Part shown: in pieces, positions 36,695 through 46,325 of the stretch
Position numbering within the stretch: position 1 is the stretch's first letter
Layout: every line of letters starts with the position of its first letter
Assembly: GCA_040767195.1 (NCBI GenBank)
Contig: JAXGPA010000001.1
Span: forward strand, 512,001 to 576,000
Reading direction: 5' to 3'
DNA: 64,000 nt
Source: Syntrophales bacterium
GTDB taxonomy: Bacteria > Desulfobacterota > Syntrophia > Syntrophales > UBA6807
Made by a program: the position numbers and the translations under genes
The notes under the pieces: model-generated
What the model saw: the letters and a program-made list of their open reading frames with translations, nothing else
The model's database searches: none
What the model was told of the DNA's origin: nothing

Positions 36695-38788
36695 TCACCA
36701 GCGGTATCTCAATGTCACAATGGCCGTGATGGGATTCCCCTCGATAGTGCTGTAGGTTCCCGGTGTTTCATACTTCCGGTCGGCCAGGTTTCTGACGGAG
36801 AGATCCAGTTCGAGGCCCTTGTGGAAAATGTCCTTGAACCGGGCGTTCGCGTCGATGAGCCAGACATCGGAACTGGATTCGAAGGTCTGGACGCGGGGAT
36901 AGATGAGATCCCGGGAGGAGAAATACCGGAGCCTCAGGGACGTCCGAATCCAGTCCAGTGGTTTCCAAGTTCCCATGAGGTTCACCATCGTGTGGGGGCC
37001 CTTGTTGTAGGGGTATTGGATGTCGACGTAGTGCTTCACCCACTTCTCGCCGTCCCAGTATGTGTAGTCGTTGTAGTGGTAGGTCTCGTCGGGGCCCTTG
37101 TTGTTCACGAGGGTCACGTTGCCGGAAAGGTCGATGCTGTCGATGGGCGAGTAGCGTCCTTCCACCTCGAGCCCCAGCATCTCCTGATGGTTGGGGTTGG
37201 AAAGCCCGGCGTAGGGGTCTTCCATGAGATGGTTGTCGATCCGGCTGTAGAAGCCGCAGACGCTCATGCCGAAACGCTTCGACGGTTTCCAGGACACCTG
37301 GGTGCTCACCGTCTCAATTTTCTCCAGGTCCGGTTCCTCGCCGTCGAGAAGCTGCCGGGCGTAAGGTGTCCGATAGGCCGTGCCGTAAAGGAGTTTCCAG
37401 GCCCACTGGGAGGAGACGGACCAGACGACGCCGGTGTTGAAGCTCAGGTGATCGGCATACTCGTCGTGCCGGTCTCCCCGAAGGCCGAGAAGAAAATCGA
37501 AATTTCCTACCTTGTGGGTGTACTGGCCGAAAAGTGACAGGAGCCTCGTCCGATAGTCCTCCTCGGTGACCCGGGGCAGGAAAAAGAGATTACTGGGATC
37601 CAGATAATCGGGGAAATAGCTGTCCCAGATCGGGGCGTCATCGATGGATTTTTCCCGGTAGGACAGACCCCCGGTGAAGAGCCCCTTCCCTGAAAAGAGA
37701 GAGCGGTCGTAAACGAGTTCACCGTAGATAACATTTTCCTTCTGTTCCAGGGTCTTGTCGATGATCTCGTACTCGGGCCGGAGGGTGCTGAATAAGCCCT
37801 CGAAACGAAGGGTTGAACCGGGGTCCAGCTCTTTCCTCGCCTCGATCTTGACAAAACCGAAGGGCGCGCTGCGGCTCTCCTTCCAGGTATAACGCTTGTC
37901 GGGCGTGGACATGGCGTAGGGTCTCTCGTAATCGGAAAGGAGAAAAGAGACACTCAACCAGTCACGGAACTGCAGGCGGCCCGAAGCCTCGAAATAATGA
38001 GATTCTCCCGTATCCGTCTCCCCGAAACGGGAGTCCGGCGGAACGGGCCGGGTTCCCTCTCCCCAGAACCGGACCACGTTGCAGGACTTGTCGTCCTCCG
38101 TTCCCATCCAACCGCTGATAGAAAGGAAGGCGTCCCAGGGGCCTTCGTCATGGCCCATGTTGAGGTAGACGCCCGTCTGGTTCCCCGGCCCCTCGTAGGA
38201 GACGCCCGTCTCGACGCCTTCAAAATCCTTGCCCGTCATGGGAACCACGTTGACGATGCCGGCGAAGGCATCGGGCCCCCAGAGGACCGACCCCGGCCCC
38301 CGGATGATCTCCACCCGCTTCACCGGCGCCAGAGACAGCTCCCGGTCCAGGGGATGAAGGAACTTGGAAACGTCCGATCCCAGGGGAACGGTGTCATAGA
38401 GGAAGAGAACCGAATCGGGGATTCCTCTCAGGTAGGGCTGGGTTCCCCATTCCTTCTGCGCCATGTAAAAACCGGGAACGGTGTCAAGGGCGTCGGCGAG
38501 GGTCCGCGCCCCCCGGGTTTCCAGATCTTCCCGGGTCAGCACCTCGGCGACCGCCGGCGCCTGCCAGGCGCTTTCCTGCCTTTTCGATGCGATGGAGAGA
38601 ACTTCAAGATCCTCGCCCACAAAAAGAAGAAGGGTGTCATCCTCCACCGGCGGGTTCTCCGCTGCGGCGATGGCGACCGCCCCCACCGGCGCGAAAGCGA
38701 TGAGGAGCAGCCAGACCGCCAGTGTCTTGATTGAGTCCGAAATCACTTCTTTCAGCCGCCCGATCATTGAATCATCCCCACGGATCAT
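36695..38788 (-). CDS. TonB-dependent receptor
   Basis: Plug motifs ASKRQESAWQAPA and RVEIIRGPGSVLWG; NLADRKY; C-terminal VTLRYRW. Confidence 0.9.
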   Translation of the reverse strand: MIRGDDSMIGRLKEVISDSIKTLAVWLLLIAFAPVGAVAIAAAENPPVEDDTLLLFVGEDLEVLSIASKRQESAWQAPAVAEVLTREDLETRGARTLADALDTVPGFYMAQKEWGTQPYLRGIPDSVLFLYDTVPLGSDVSKFLHPLDRELSLAPVKRVEIIRGPGSVLWGPDAFAGIVNVVPMTGKDFEGVETGVSYEGPGNQTGVYLNMGHDEGPWDAFLSISGWMGTEDDKSCNVVRFWGEGTRPVPPDSRFGETDTGESHYFEASGRLQFRDWLSVSFLLSDYERPYAMSTPDKRYTWKESRSAPFGFVKIEARKELDPGSTLRFEGLFSTLRPEYEIIDKTLEQKENVIYGELVYDRSLFSGKGLFTGGLSYREKSIDDAPIWDSYFPDYLDPSNLFFLPRVTEEDYRTRLLSLFGQYTHKVGNFDFLLGLRGDRHDEYADHLSFNTGVVWSVSSQWAWKLLYGTAYRTPYARQLLDGEEPDLEKIETVSTQVSWKPSKRFGMSVCGFYSRIDNHLMEDPYAGLSNPNHQEMLGLEVEGRYSPIDSIDLSGNVTLVNNKGPDETYHYNDYTYWDGEKWVKHYVDIQYPYNKGPHTMVNLMGTWKPLDWIRTSLRLRYFSSRDLIYPRVQTFESSSDVWLIDANARFKDIFHKGLELDLSVRNLADRKYETPGTYSTIEGNPITAIVTLRYRW

Positions 38789-40155
38789 ATATCGGCATTT
38801 TCGCTGTTCTCTTCGATGGACTGCCTGAGAAGAACCCTGAATTTCGCCCGTGTCAGACCCAGGAGCTTGGCCGCCGCCGTCTGGTTGTTTCCGGTCATGT
38901 CAAGGGCCTGCCGGACCAGGGAATGTTCCAGGTATTCCAGGGACACCCCCTCGGGGGGCAGCCGGAAGGCGCCCCGGCCATTGGCGGCGGCCGATGCCGT
39001 CTTCAGGAAAGACAGGGTCTCCGAGGTGATGGCCCCCCGGTCGTGGGCCAGGATGACGGACCGTTCCATCACGTTGGCCAGCTCGCGGACGTTTCCCGGC
39101 CAGGGGTATTCCATGAGCACCCGGACAGCCCCGTCGCTGAGCTGGATGCCCTGCCCACGGTCGAACCGCTCCAGGAAATGGCGGGCCAGGGTCGGAATGT
39201 CTTCCTTTCTCTCCCGGAGCGGCGGCGTCAGCAGGGGAAAGACGTTGATCCGGAAATAGAGATCCTGGCGGAAAAGCCCCTTTTCCACCCTCTCCTGGAG
39301 GTTCTGGTTCGTAGCGCAGATGAAACGGGCATCCACGGGGATTTCCTCGTTGCCTCCCACCCGCTGGACCTTGCGCTCCTGGAGGGCCCGAAGCAGCTTC
39401 GCCTGGGCGTCCGGGGAGAGGTCGCCGATCTCGTCGAGGAACAGGGTCCCCCCCGTGGCGTACTCGAACTTTCCGATAACCCGCTTGATGGCCCCGGTAA
39501 AAGAGCCTTTCTCGTGTCCGAAAAGCTCCGATTCCACGAGATTCGGTGAAATAGCGGCACAGTTCACGGGCACGAAGCGGTTTGTTCCCCGGGGGCTCAC
39601 GCGGTGGATGTACCGGGCGATGAGCTCCTTCCCCGTTCCCGATTCCCCCGTGACAAGAACGGCCGACTCGCTCTCGGCGACCCGGGTGGCGAGTTTCATG
39701 AGGTCGCTCATTTTCCGGGAGGAAAAAACGATGTCCTCCTCCCCTTCCCGCTTCCTGAGTTCTCGTTTCAGCTCCCGGTTTTCTGACAGGATCCGCGAGA
39801 AATTGAGAGTCCGCTCCACGGTGAGGAGAATCCGTTCCTCCTCGAAAGGCTTGGTGACGTAGTCCACCGCTCCCTGCCTCATGGCGTCAACGGCCGAGTC
39901 GATGGTGGCGAAGGCGGTGATGAAGACGACGGGGCAGGTGAGATTCTCCTCGGTCATCCGTTCCAGGAGCTCCATGCCGTCCATGCGGGGCATCTTGATG
40001 TCCGAGATGACCATGTCGAAAGGTTCCGCCTTGATTTTCTCTAGCCCCTCCAACCCGTCGGCAGCCTGAGAGACGCGATAGCCCCGCCTTCCCAGCATGA
40101 TGGAAAGAAGGTGGCGCATCCTTTCTTCGTCGTCGATGATCAGAATGTGGGCCAT
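38785..40155 (-). CDS. sigma54-dependent NtrC-family response regulator
   Basis: Receiver ILIIDDE...ISDIKMP; GESGTGKE; ELFGHEKGSFTGA; WPGNVREL; Fis-type HTH. Start set at MAHILIIDD. Confidence 0.95.
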   Translation of the reverse strand: MAHILIIDDEERMRHLLSIMLGRRGYRVSQAADGLEGLEKIKAEPFDMVISDIKMPRMDGMELLERMTEENLTCPVVFITAFATIDSAVDAMRQGAVDYVTKPFEEERILLTVERTLNFSRILSENRELKRELRKREGEEDIVFSSRKMSDLMKLATRVAESESAVLVTGESGTGKELIARYIHRVSPRGTNRFVPVNCAAISPNLVESELFGHEKGSFTGAIKRVIGKFEYATGGTLFLDEIGDLSPDAQAKLLRALQERKVQRVGGNEEIPVDARFICATNQNLQERVEKGLFRQDLYFRINVFPLLTPPLRERKEDIPTLARHFLERFDRGQGIQLSDGAVRVLMEYPWPGNVRELANVMERSVILAHDRGAITSETLSFLKTASAAANGRGAFRLPPEGVSLEYLEHSLVRQALDMTGNNQTAAAKLLGLTRAKFRVLLRQSIEENSENADI

Positions 40156-40202
40156 AATGTGTGTTTCACCTGTGTCAGCAATTAGCCATCCGTTACGCCC
40201 GC

Positions 40203-41609
40203 TCAGGCGGGCCGCGAAGGCCGGGCCGCGGAAAGTTCGATGCGAAAAACCGCCCCGCCTTCGGGATGGTTGCCTTCCTTCATGTGGCCTCCGTGGGCTT
40301 CCACAACCTGGAGAACGTAGGCGAGACCGAGGCCTGTTCCCCTCGACCGGGTCGTGAAAAAAGGCTCGTAAAGCTTCTCCCGGGCGTCTGCGGAAATGCC
40401 GCCGCCATTGTCTTTCACTTCCACGGAGACCCGGTCTCCGCTCCGGTCGAGGGTAACGGCGATGCGTCCCTTCTCCCCGTTCGCCTCGAAGGCGTTCTTG
40501 AGAATGTTGTCCACCGCCCGCGTCAGGAGGTCGGGGTCTCCCTCGATAAGACAGTCCTCCTCGAGGCATTTGAGGGAAACGTCGAGAGGGACGTTTCCGT
40601 GCTGCATTTGAAACCGCGCGACGATCCCTCGAAGGAGATCGTTTATCTCCAGCTCCCGGAAGACGGGCCGTGACGGTCGGGCGAAGGCGAGAAAATCCTC
40701 GATGAGTCGGTTCATCCGCCGGACCTCTTCTTCCATGTACAGGATCATGGTGTTTTCCGCCAGCCCCTCCTCTTTTTTCAGAAGATCCAGCGACGTCTTG
40801 ATGACGCTGAGAGGATTCTTCACCTCGTGGGCGATCATGAGGGAGAATTTCCCCATCTCCGCCAGGGTGTTCCGGCGCATCATCTCCTCCTGGACTTTTT
40901 CGAAGGCTCTCCGGCTCTGTTCCAGGGAATCGAGCATGGTGTTGAAGGCCAGGGCCAGTTCCCGGGTCTCGGGCAGTCTCCCGGGATCGGCCCGGAACTT
41001 CATGTCTCCCTTGGCCACCCGCCTGGCCGCGGCGGCCAGATTGGTCACCGGGGCGACAAGGGAATGGGAAAGAAAATAAAACACGACGCCGACAAGAACG
41101 ACGAGGGCGATGGAAAGGAGAACAAAGCGGCTTCGCAGTGTGACGATAAGCTGGTCAATCCCCCGGGTGCTGTATGCGACGAGGACCCGGCCGATGACGT
41201 TCTCCCCCGTGGGGATGCCGTGGACCTGCTCTGCGAAGGCCCGGATTTCCTCCTCCGTTTCCCTGAGGATGACAGGATATTCCTTGAAGAGAATCGATCC
41301 GGCCGTTTCCCGGGTCGACTCGGCCAGTTTTTGACCCGAACGGTCGTAAACGGAAACGGCGGCGAGGTCTTTTTCCGAAAGGAGGTTGACGGTCAGCCTT
41401 TTCAGCATGTCCCGGTCATCGATGAGGATGCCCAGCTCAGCGTTCAGCGCGAGCTGCTGGGTGAGAAAGGCGATTCGGTCGTCGAACCGGGTCTGGACGA
41501 ACTGCCGCGAGATCCGGGCCCCCATGATTCCGAGGATCAGCGTCGTTACGACGATGATGGCGAAACCCGCCGCCAGGAGCCGGAAGTGAATGCCGAAACG
41601 GACTTTCAT
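40203..41609 (-). CDS. Sensor histidine kinase (2 TM, HAMP, HisKA, HATPase)
   Basis: IAHEVKNPL, NILKNA, DNGGGI, FFTTRSRGTGLGL. Confidence 0.93.
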   Translation of the reverse strand: MKVRFGIHFRLLAAGFAIIVVTTLILGIMGARISRQFVQTRFDDRIAFLTQQLALNAELGILIDDRDMLKRLTVNLLSEKDLAAVSVYDRSGQKLAESTRETAGSILFKEYPVILRETEEEIRAFAEQVHGIPTGENVIGRVLVAYSTRGIDQLIVTLRSRFVLLSIALVVLVGVVFYFLSHSLVAPVTNLAAAARRVAKGDMKFRADPGRLPETRELALAFNTMLDSLEQSRRAFEKVQEEMMRRNTLAEMGKFSLMIAHEVKNPLSVIKTSLDLLKKEEGLAENTMILYMEEEVRRMNRLIEDFLAFARPSRPVFRELEINDLLRGIVARFQMQHGNVPLDVSLKCLEEDCLIEGDPDLLTRAVDNILKNAFEANGEKGRIAVTLDRSGDRVSVEVKDNGGGISADAREKLYEPFFTTRSRGTGLGLAYVLQVVEAHGGHMKEGNHPEGGAVFRIELSAARPSRPA

Positions 41610-42583
41610 GGGCCCACCTCGACAGGATTTTCCGAAAGGGGCGCCAGGGACACGGCCATGCTTTTCGCCACCTTCTCGTTAAGCCACAACCGGTAGAAGG
41701 GTGAGCGCCTGTCACAGGGACCGCCCGCGAGGACCCGGAGGACCTCCTCGCCGCACTGGCCTCCGATCTCCCGGTAGTCGAAAACGAAGGACAGGACGGC
41801 CCCGCTTTCGTAAAAAAAGCGGTTGTAACCGATGGCAGGCACCCGGTTGTATATGGCTTCCCGGAGGATGTAGCGGATGAGGCTTTCCGTGGTGACGGTC
41901 CGGTCCGGAATGAGCCACAGGGCGTCGATTTTCTCCCAGTGATCTTTCAGGACCGCCGGGATGTCCTTCCGGGATGAGACGGGAACGGGGACGACGGACA
42001 GGCCGGGCTCGTCCCAGGCCCTTGCCTCGTCATAGAAATCGCTGTTGTTCTCCGGGTCGAAGAGAAGGCCGATTTTTTCGACACCGGGAAGAGTCCTTCG
42101 GACGGCCCGAAGCTGCTCCGCCACGGGCAGGTTCAGGGAAACCCCACAGGCCCCGTCACCGGGGACCATCTTTTCCGGGTTGAGAACCATGGAATAGAAA
42201 CGGGCCCCTGTTTCCGGCTCCAGGTCGTCCCAGAGAAAGCGCACCGCCAAGGGTCCGATGGCAACATAGACCCGGTATTCTTTCCGTGAGAGCCGGTCCA
42301 CAAGCGCCTTTTGCTCATCGGCGGGCAGTTTCTCCAGGTGAAAAGTGTCGAGAAATACGCCAGGATCGGAGTCGAGAACAGCTGCGAGGCCTTCCAGGGC
42401 CGCGATGTAGGGGCTGATCTCCTGGGAAACGAAAACGGCGACGGTTTTTTTCCCCGGTTCTTCCGCCCGAACGGGAGTCCCGCCGGAAAGAAAACACCAC
42501 GAGAGAAGAAGAGACAAAAGGGTCGCCTGAACCACCGCGGAGCGCTGGCAGGAATTACGTCGAAAAGAATCGGGACAACGCAC
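41606..42583 (-). CDS. Periplasmic ABC_sub_bind-like substrate-binding protein
   Basis: Signal-like N-terminus; KIGLLFDP, DALWLIPD, GAVLS, LWLNEKVA. Start uncertain. Confidence 0.75.
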   Translation of the reverse strand: MRCPDSFRRNSCQRSAVVQATLLSLLLSWCFLSGGTPVRAEEPGKKTVAVFVSQEISPYIAALEGLAAVLDSDPGVFLDTFHLEKLPADEQKALVDRLSRKEYRVYVAIGPLAVRFLWDDLEPETGARFYSMVLNPEKMVPGDGACGVSLNLPVAEQLRAVRRTLPGVEKIGLLFDPENNSDFYDEARAWDEPGLSVVPVPVSSRKDIPAVLKDHWEKIDALWLIPDRTVTTESLIRYILREAIYNRVPAIGYNRFFYESGAVLSFVFDYREIGGQCGEEVLRVLAGGPCDRRSPFYRLWLNEKVAKSMAVSLAPLSENPVEVGP

Positions 42584-42631
42584 TTGGAACCTGGATACTC
42601 TCCGTTCAAAGACGACCCTGAAAGGGTCGGG

Positions 42632-44974
42632 CTATTTGCTCTCCAGCCTTTTCCGATGCTCCTCGAACTGCCTGGTAACCGATTTCACCTTTTTCTTGAA
42701 TTCATCCGTCACCGCGTCCACGTCCTCCAGGCTCACGATGACCCGGGGTGTGATCATGATGATCAGCTCCTTCTTATTAGATACCTTTTTCTCACTGCCC
42801 GCCAGGAACCTCAGGACAGGAACGTCGATGAGACACGGAACGCCTCCGGCGGAATCGGATTTCGTCTCCTTGATGAGCCCCCCGATAACCAGGGTCTGAC
42901 CGTGCTTCACCGACAGGGTCGTGTTTACCGCCCGCTTCGTGAAAGCAGGATAGTCCTTGCCGGCCACCTTGACACTCCCCGCGGGATCGCTGACTTCCTG
43001 GCTGATGTCCATGGTGACCATCCCCGTGTCATTGATATGGGGTGTCACGGTGAGAAGAATACCCGTGTCCCGGTACTGAATCGTGGTCTCGAAAACGGGG
43101 GTCGTCGTCGATGACGTGGTTTCGTAGGACGTGCTCGCCACGGGGATTTCGTCGGAAACATCGATCTTCGCTTCCTTGTTGTCCGAGGCCAGGATGTGGG
43201 GAGAGGAAAGGACGTTGACCTTGTTGTCCGTGGCCAGGGCATAGAGGGCCGCCTTCCATCTTTCCGTCAGCTGAACGGCATACCTGAGTCCCCCCGTCGT
43301 CGCCCCGATGCCCGCTGACAACCCTCCCGTGAAGGAGGCCACCGGGTTTACATTGTCAAAAGTCCATTCCACGCCCAGATCCGTCGTCTTATCCAGGGTG
43401 ATCTCGGCGATGGTTGCCTCGATGAGGACCTGGCGGGGCATGATGTCCAGTTGCAGGAGCACCTTTTCAATGATCCGGTAGTCCCTCGGCAGGGCTTTGA
43501 TGATGAGGGCGTTCCGCACCTCGTCCGTGGTGATGCTCACCTCACCCCGGATAGCGCCGGACTCGCTTTCCGCCCCTCCCGCCGCCGACGGTCCCGGTGG
43601 CGGCGAGGCCGCTGCCGGTTTCGCCGCTTCCTCCGTCTTTTGAGCAACGGCGGCCATGGACAGGGGGTTGGTCGGTGTACGGACCCGGCTTGGAAGCTCC
43701 TCCTTCTTGTCCGTCTTCTTCTCCGTGAAGATGCTCTGGAGGAGTTCTCCAATCTGTTTCGCTTCCCCGTTTTTCACGAAATAGACGTATATCTGCGGTT
43801 CCGCCGCATCACTGGGGATATCCAGTTCCCGCAGGAACGAATCCATCTCATCGAGGACTCGTTTCTGCATCGAAATCAAGAGAATGGCGTTCAGCCTCTC
43901 GATGGGGACGATGCTCACGTCGTCCTTCTTGCCTATAGTATAGGAAGAGAGCACTTCCTTCAGAATTTTGGCCAGATCCTCGGCCCTGGTGTTCTGGAGA
44001 AAGTAAAACCGGTGGCTCACCCGCTCGAACAGATCGGCATCGAAAACCTCCACCAGCTTCAGGCACTTCAAGACGTTTATCCCCTTGTCCACCAGGAGGA
44101 GCAGGTTCGAGCCGTCATGGGCCAGGATCGTCCCGTCCGCTGAAACAAAAGGTGTCAGGATCTTGGTCATTTCCTGGACGGAAATGAACCGGAGGGGCAC
44201 GATCTGCATGATGACCCTCTGGTCCGGCGAAAGGTCTTCCTGATCCTCGCTATCCCGTATCAGGAGAGGCAGCCGCGTGCTTTCCTTCATTTTGATAATC
44301 CGGTAAAGACTCCCCTCCTTCACGGCGGTGAGGCCGTTGGCTTCGAGAATCTGGTAGAAAACGGGAAACAGGTCCGCCTTCCCCAGCATCCCCGCTGTGT
44401 GAACGGTCACCCGGCCTCCCACGCCGGGATCCATGATGTAGTTGAACGCCAGTATTTCGGAAAATGTCCGGATGACTTCATAGATGTCGGCATCATCAAA
44501 ATTGAGGGTCACGCCTCCCTCGGCCTCTTGTTTTTCCTCTTTCGAGGTCTCTTCCGCCACCGGCGGGACGGCCGCGGCGGCGGGTCTCTTTTCATCGGGA
44601 ACAGCCGTTGTCTTTTCTTCCGGTACCGGCTCTTTTTCCGGAACCTTTTCGCCGGGAGAAGAACCCCACGGAAAATAGGGCGTCTTTCCTTTCTCCTCCG
44701 GAGGGGCCGCCTGGGCTCCGGGCCGTGACACCTTCAGCTTCATGAACCCGAAGGGCGTGTTCACGTACTCGTATTCTCCCGATTCGTCCACGACCCTGTC
44801 AGGTGCAATGTCGGGAAGGGATTCCTTCGAAGCCTCCTGTTCGGTCGCTGCCGGACGGTCGCCGCCGGACGGGCCGTCGGGCAGCGCCTGTGATCTTTCC
44901 GCGGCGCATCCAGCGGATGCCATCATCAGAAGAAGACAGGCTATCACCCTTATCATTACCGATCCTTTGCTCAT
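42632..44974 (-). CDS. gspD: Type II secretion secretin
   Basis: Lipobox-like SAGC; LNFDDADI; LDIMPRQVLIEATIAE; YRDTGILLTVTPHIN; GVPCLIDVPVL. Confidence 0.95.
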   Translation of the reverse strand: MSKGSVMIRVIACLLLMMASAGCAAERSQALPDGPSGGDRPAATEQEASKESLPDIAPDRVVDESGEYEYVNTPFGFMKLKVSRPGAQAAPPEEKGKTPYFPWGSSPGEKVPEKEPVPEEKTTAVPDEKRPAAAAVPPVAEETSKEEKQEAEGGVTLNFDDADIYEVIRTFSEILAFNYIMDPGVGGRVTVHTAGMLGKADLFPVFYQILEANGLTAVKEGSLYRIIKMKESTRLPLLIRDSEDQEDLSPDQRVIMQIVPLRFISVQEMTKILTPFVSADGTILAHDGSNLLLLVDKGINVLKCLKLVEVFDADLFERVSHRFYFLQNTRAEDLAKILKEVLSSYTIGKKDDVSIVPIERLNAILLISMQKRVLDEMDSFLRELDIPSDAAEPQIYVYFVKNGEAKQIGELLQSIFTEKKTDKKEELPSRVRTPTNPLSMAAVAQKTEEAAKPAAASPPPGPSAAGGAESESGAIRGEVSITTDEVRNALIIKALPRDYRIIEKVLLQLDIMPRQVLIEATIAEITLDKTTDLGVEWTFDNVNPVASFTGGLSAGIGATTGGLRYAVQLTERWKAALYALATDNKVNVLSSPHILASDNKEAKIDVSDEIPVASTSYETTSSTTTPVFETTIQYRDTGILLTVTPHINDTGMVTMDISQEVSDPAGSVKVAGKDYPAFTKRAVNTTLSVKHGQTLVIGGLIKETKSDSAGGVPCLIDVPVLRFLAGSEKKVSNKKELIIMITPRVIVSLEDVDAVTDEFKKKVKSVTRQFEEHRKRLESK

Positions 44975-45028
44975 TTCCTGTTCTTACCTTTCACCGGGAT
45001 CCATCATTCCAAACCCGGTTTACCGTTC

Positions 45029-45757
45029 TCACTTCTTTCTTATTTTCATCTTTCCGAAGGGGGTGTCGATGGTTTCGAATTCCTCTTCCGCCTTCCCTTT
45101 CTTGCCCGGGGCGGTACCGGAAGCCGGCGGGGTGCCGCCTGTCTTCTCCCCCGCCGTGGAAGCGGAGGCCGTTCCCCTTTTCTCATCGCCAGCCGGCGCG
45201 ATCACCGTCGGTTTGTCATCAGGAACGGAAACGGCCTTCCGGGGCTTGTCTTCCCCATACAGGGCGATCTCGTATTCCTGGCCGTTTCCCTCGAGGAAAA
45301 CCTTGTCTTTCTCGATCCGGGACACCTTGAAGGCTCCATAGGCCTCCCCTTCCCGGATCCAGAGAACGTCACGCTCACGGCCTTTTTTCTCCAGGTTGGT
45401 GACAAGGGCTTTCCGGTATCCTTCCATGAGGACGATGCCGTACAGAACCACTTTCTTGCCTGGAATTTTGAGTTCCTCCACCTCGGGCTTGTCTTCCCCG
45501 GAAGGTTCCGGGGGCGGCAGGTATTCTTTCCGGTTCGGGGAGAAAATGTTTTTTTCGAGGACCGCCTCGTAGGTCGTTTCGGGCGGCATGGTCTCCCGGC
45601 TGATTTTTTTCTCCGGAGCCCGTTCCGCTGGTCTTTCCGAGACTTTGCTGTCCAGAACTGACCGGTCGTCGTCGAACCAGACGTCGGCCGCCTTGATCCC
45701 GGAAAAAACAACGAGGACAGCCAGGGCCAGATTGATGAGCCATATCTTGGGGATCAT
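45029..45757 (-). CDS. GspC-like T2SS inner-membrane protein
   Basis: N-terminal TM, NIFSPNR, LYGIV...ALV; lies between gspM and gspD. Confidence 0.6.
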   Translation of the reverse strand: MIPKIWLINLALAVLVVFSGIKAADVWFDDDRSVLDSKVSERPAERAPEKKISRETMPPETTYEAVLEKNIFSPNRKEYLPPPEPSGEDKPEVEELKIPGKKVVLYGIVLMEGYRKALVTNLEKKGRERDVLWIREGEAYGAFKVSRIEKDKVFLEGNGQEYEIALYGEDKPRKAVSVPDDKPTVIAPAGDEKRGTASASTAGEKTGGTPPASGTAPGKKGKAEEEFETIDTPFGKMKIRKK

Positions 45758-46320
45758 GATGCCGCCTTTCTCATGTATCCCGATACGATGATGTCCCCCT
45801 GCACCTGTTCGCCCTCCTTCCCCATGGCGCTTATCCGGACCCGTTCGAAAACGAGGAGCTTGGGCGACGATTCGATACCGTAGAGAACATCCCGGAGCTG
45901 ACGGGGGGAGCAGGTCACCAGGAACTGGACGGGAATGCGCAGGTAACTCTGTTCCTCCAGGTCCTCAGGTCGGAGGACCCGGACCGTCCTTATGTCCACA
46001 CTGGCTCTTCCCGTGATGTCCGCCAGGATATTCTGTATGTCCACCGCCGCCAGGGAGGGCGTGTCCCCGTTCAGAAGCCGGGAGTCGAACCGCTCCACCG
46101 TCCGGGTCAGGGCGAGGAGGCGGCCCTCCAGGTCCCCCGCGTTTTGGACCGTCTCGCGGTACTTGGAAATCTGTTTTGCCTTGACGAGGATCTCCTCGTC
46201 TCCCGGCCACAGCCCCGAAAGGGCGGGGTAAAAACGGTACACGAGGCCCATAAGCAGCAGGACCGCCCCGATGCCGAGAAGCCATTTTCGCTCTTTTGTC
46301 AGTTCTATTTTCCGGATCAT
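45754..46320 (-). CDS. gspM: Type II secretion protein M
   Basis: LTKREK-like N-terminus, TM, LYGIESSPKLLVFE; position in the gsp operon. Confidence 0.8.
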   Translation of the reverse strand: MIRKIELTKERKWLLGIGAVLLLMGLVYRFYPALSGLWPGDEEILVKAKQISKYRETVQNAGDLEGRLLALTRTVERFDSRLLNGDTPSLAAVDIQNILADITGRASVDIRTVRVLRPEDLEEQSYLRIPVQFLVTCSPRQLRDVLYGIESSPKLLVFERVRISAMGKEGEQVQGDIIVSGYMRKAAS

Positions 46321-46325
46321 GAGGG

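Noticed and set aside
40156..40569. N-terminal extension of the response regulator ORF
   Set aside because: It overlaps the kinase gene in another frame; the receiver domain starts at ATG 40155.
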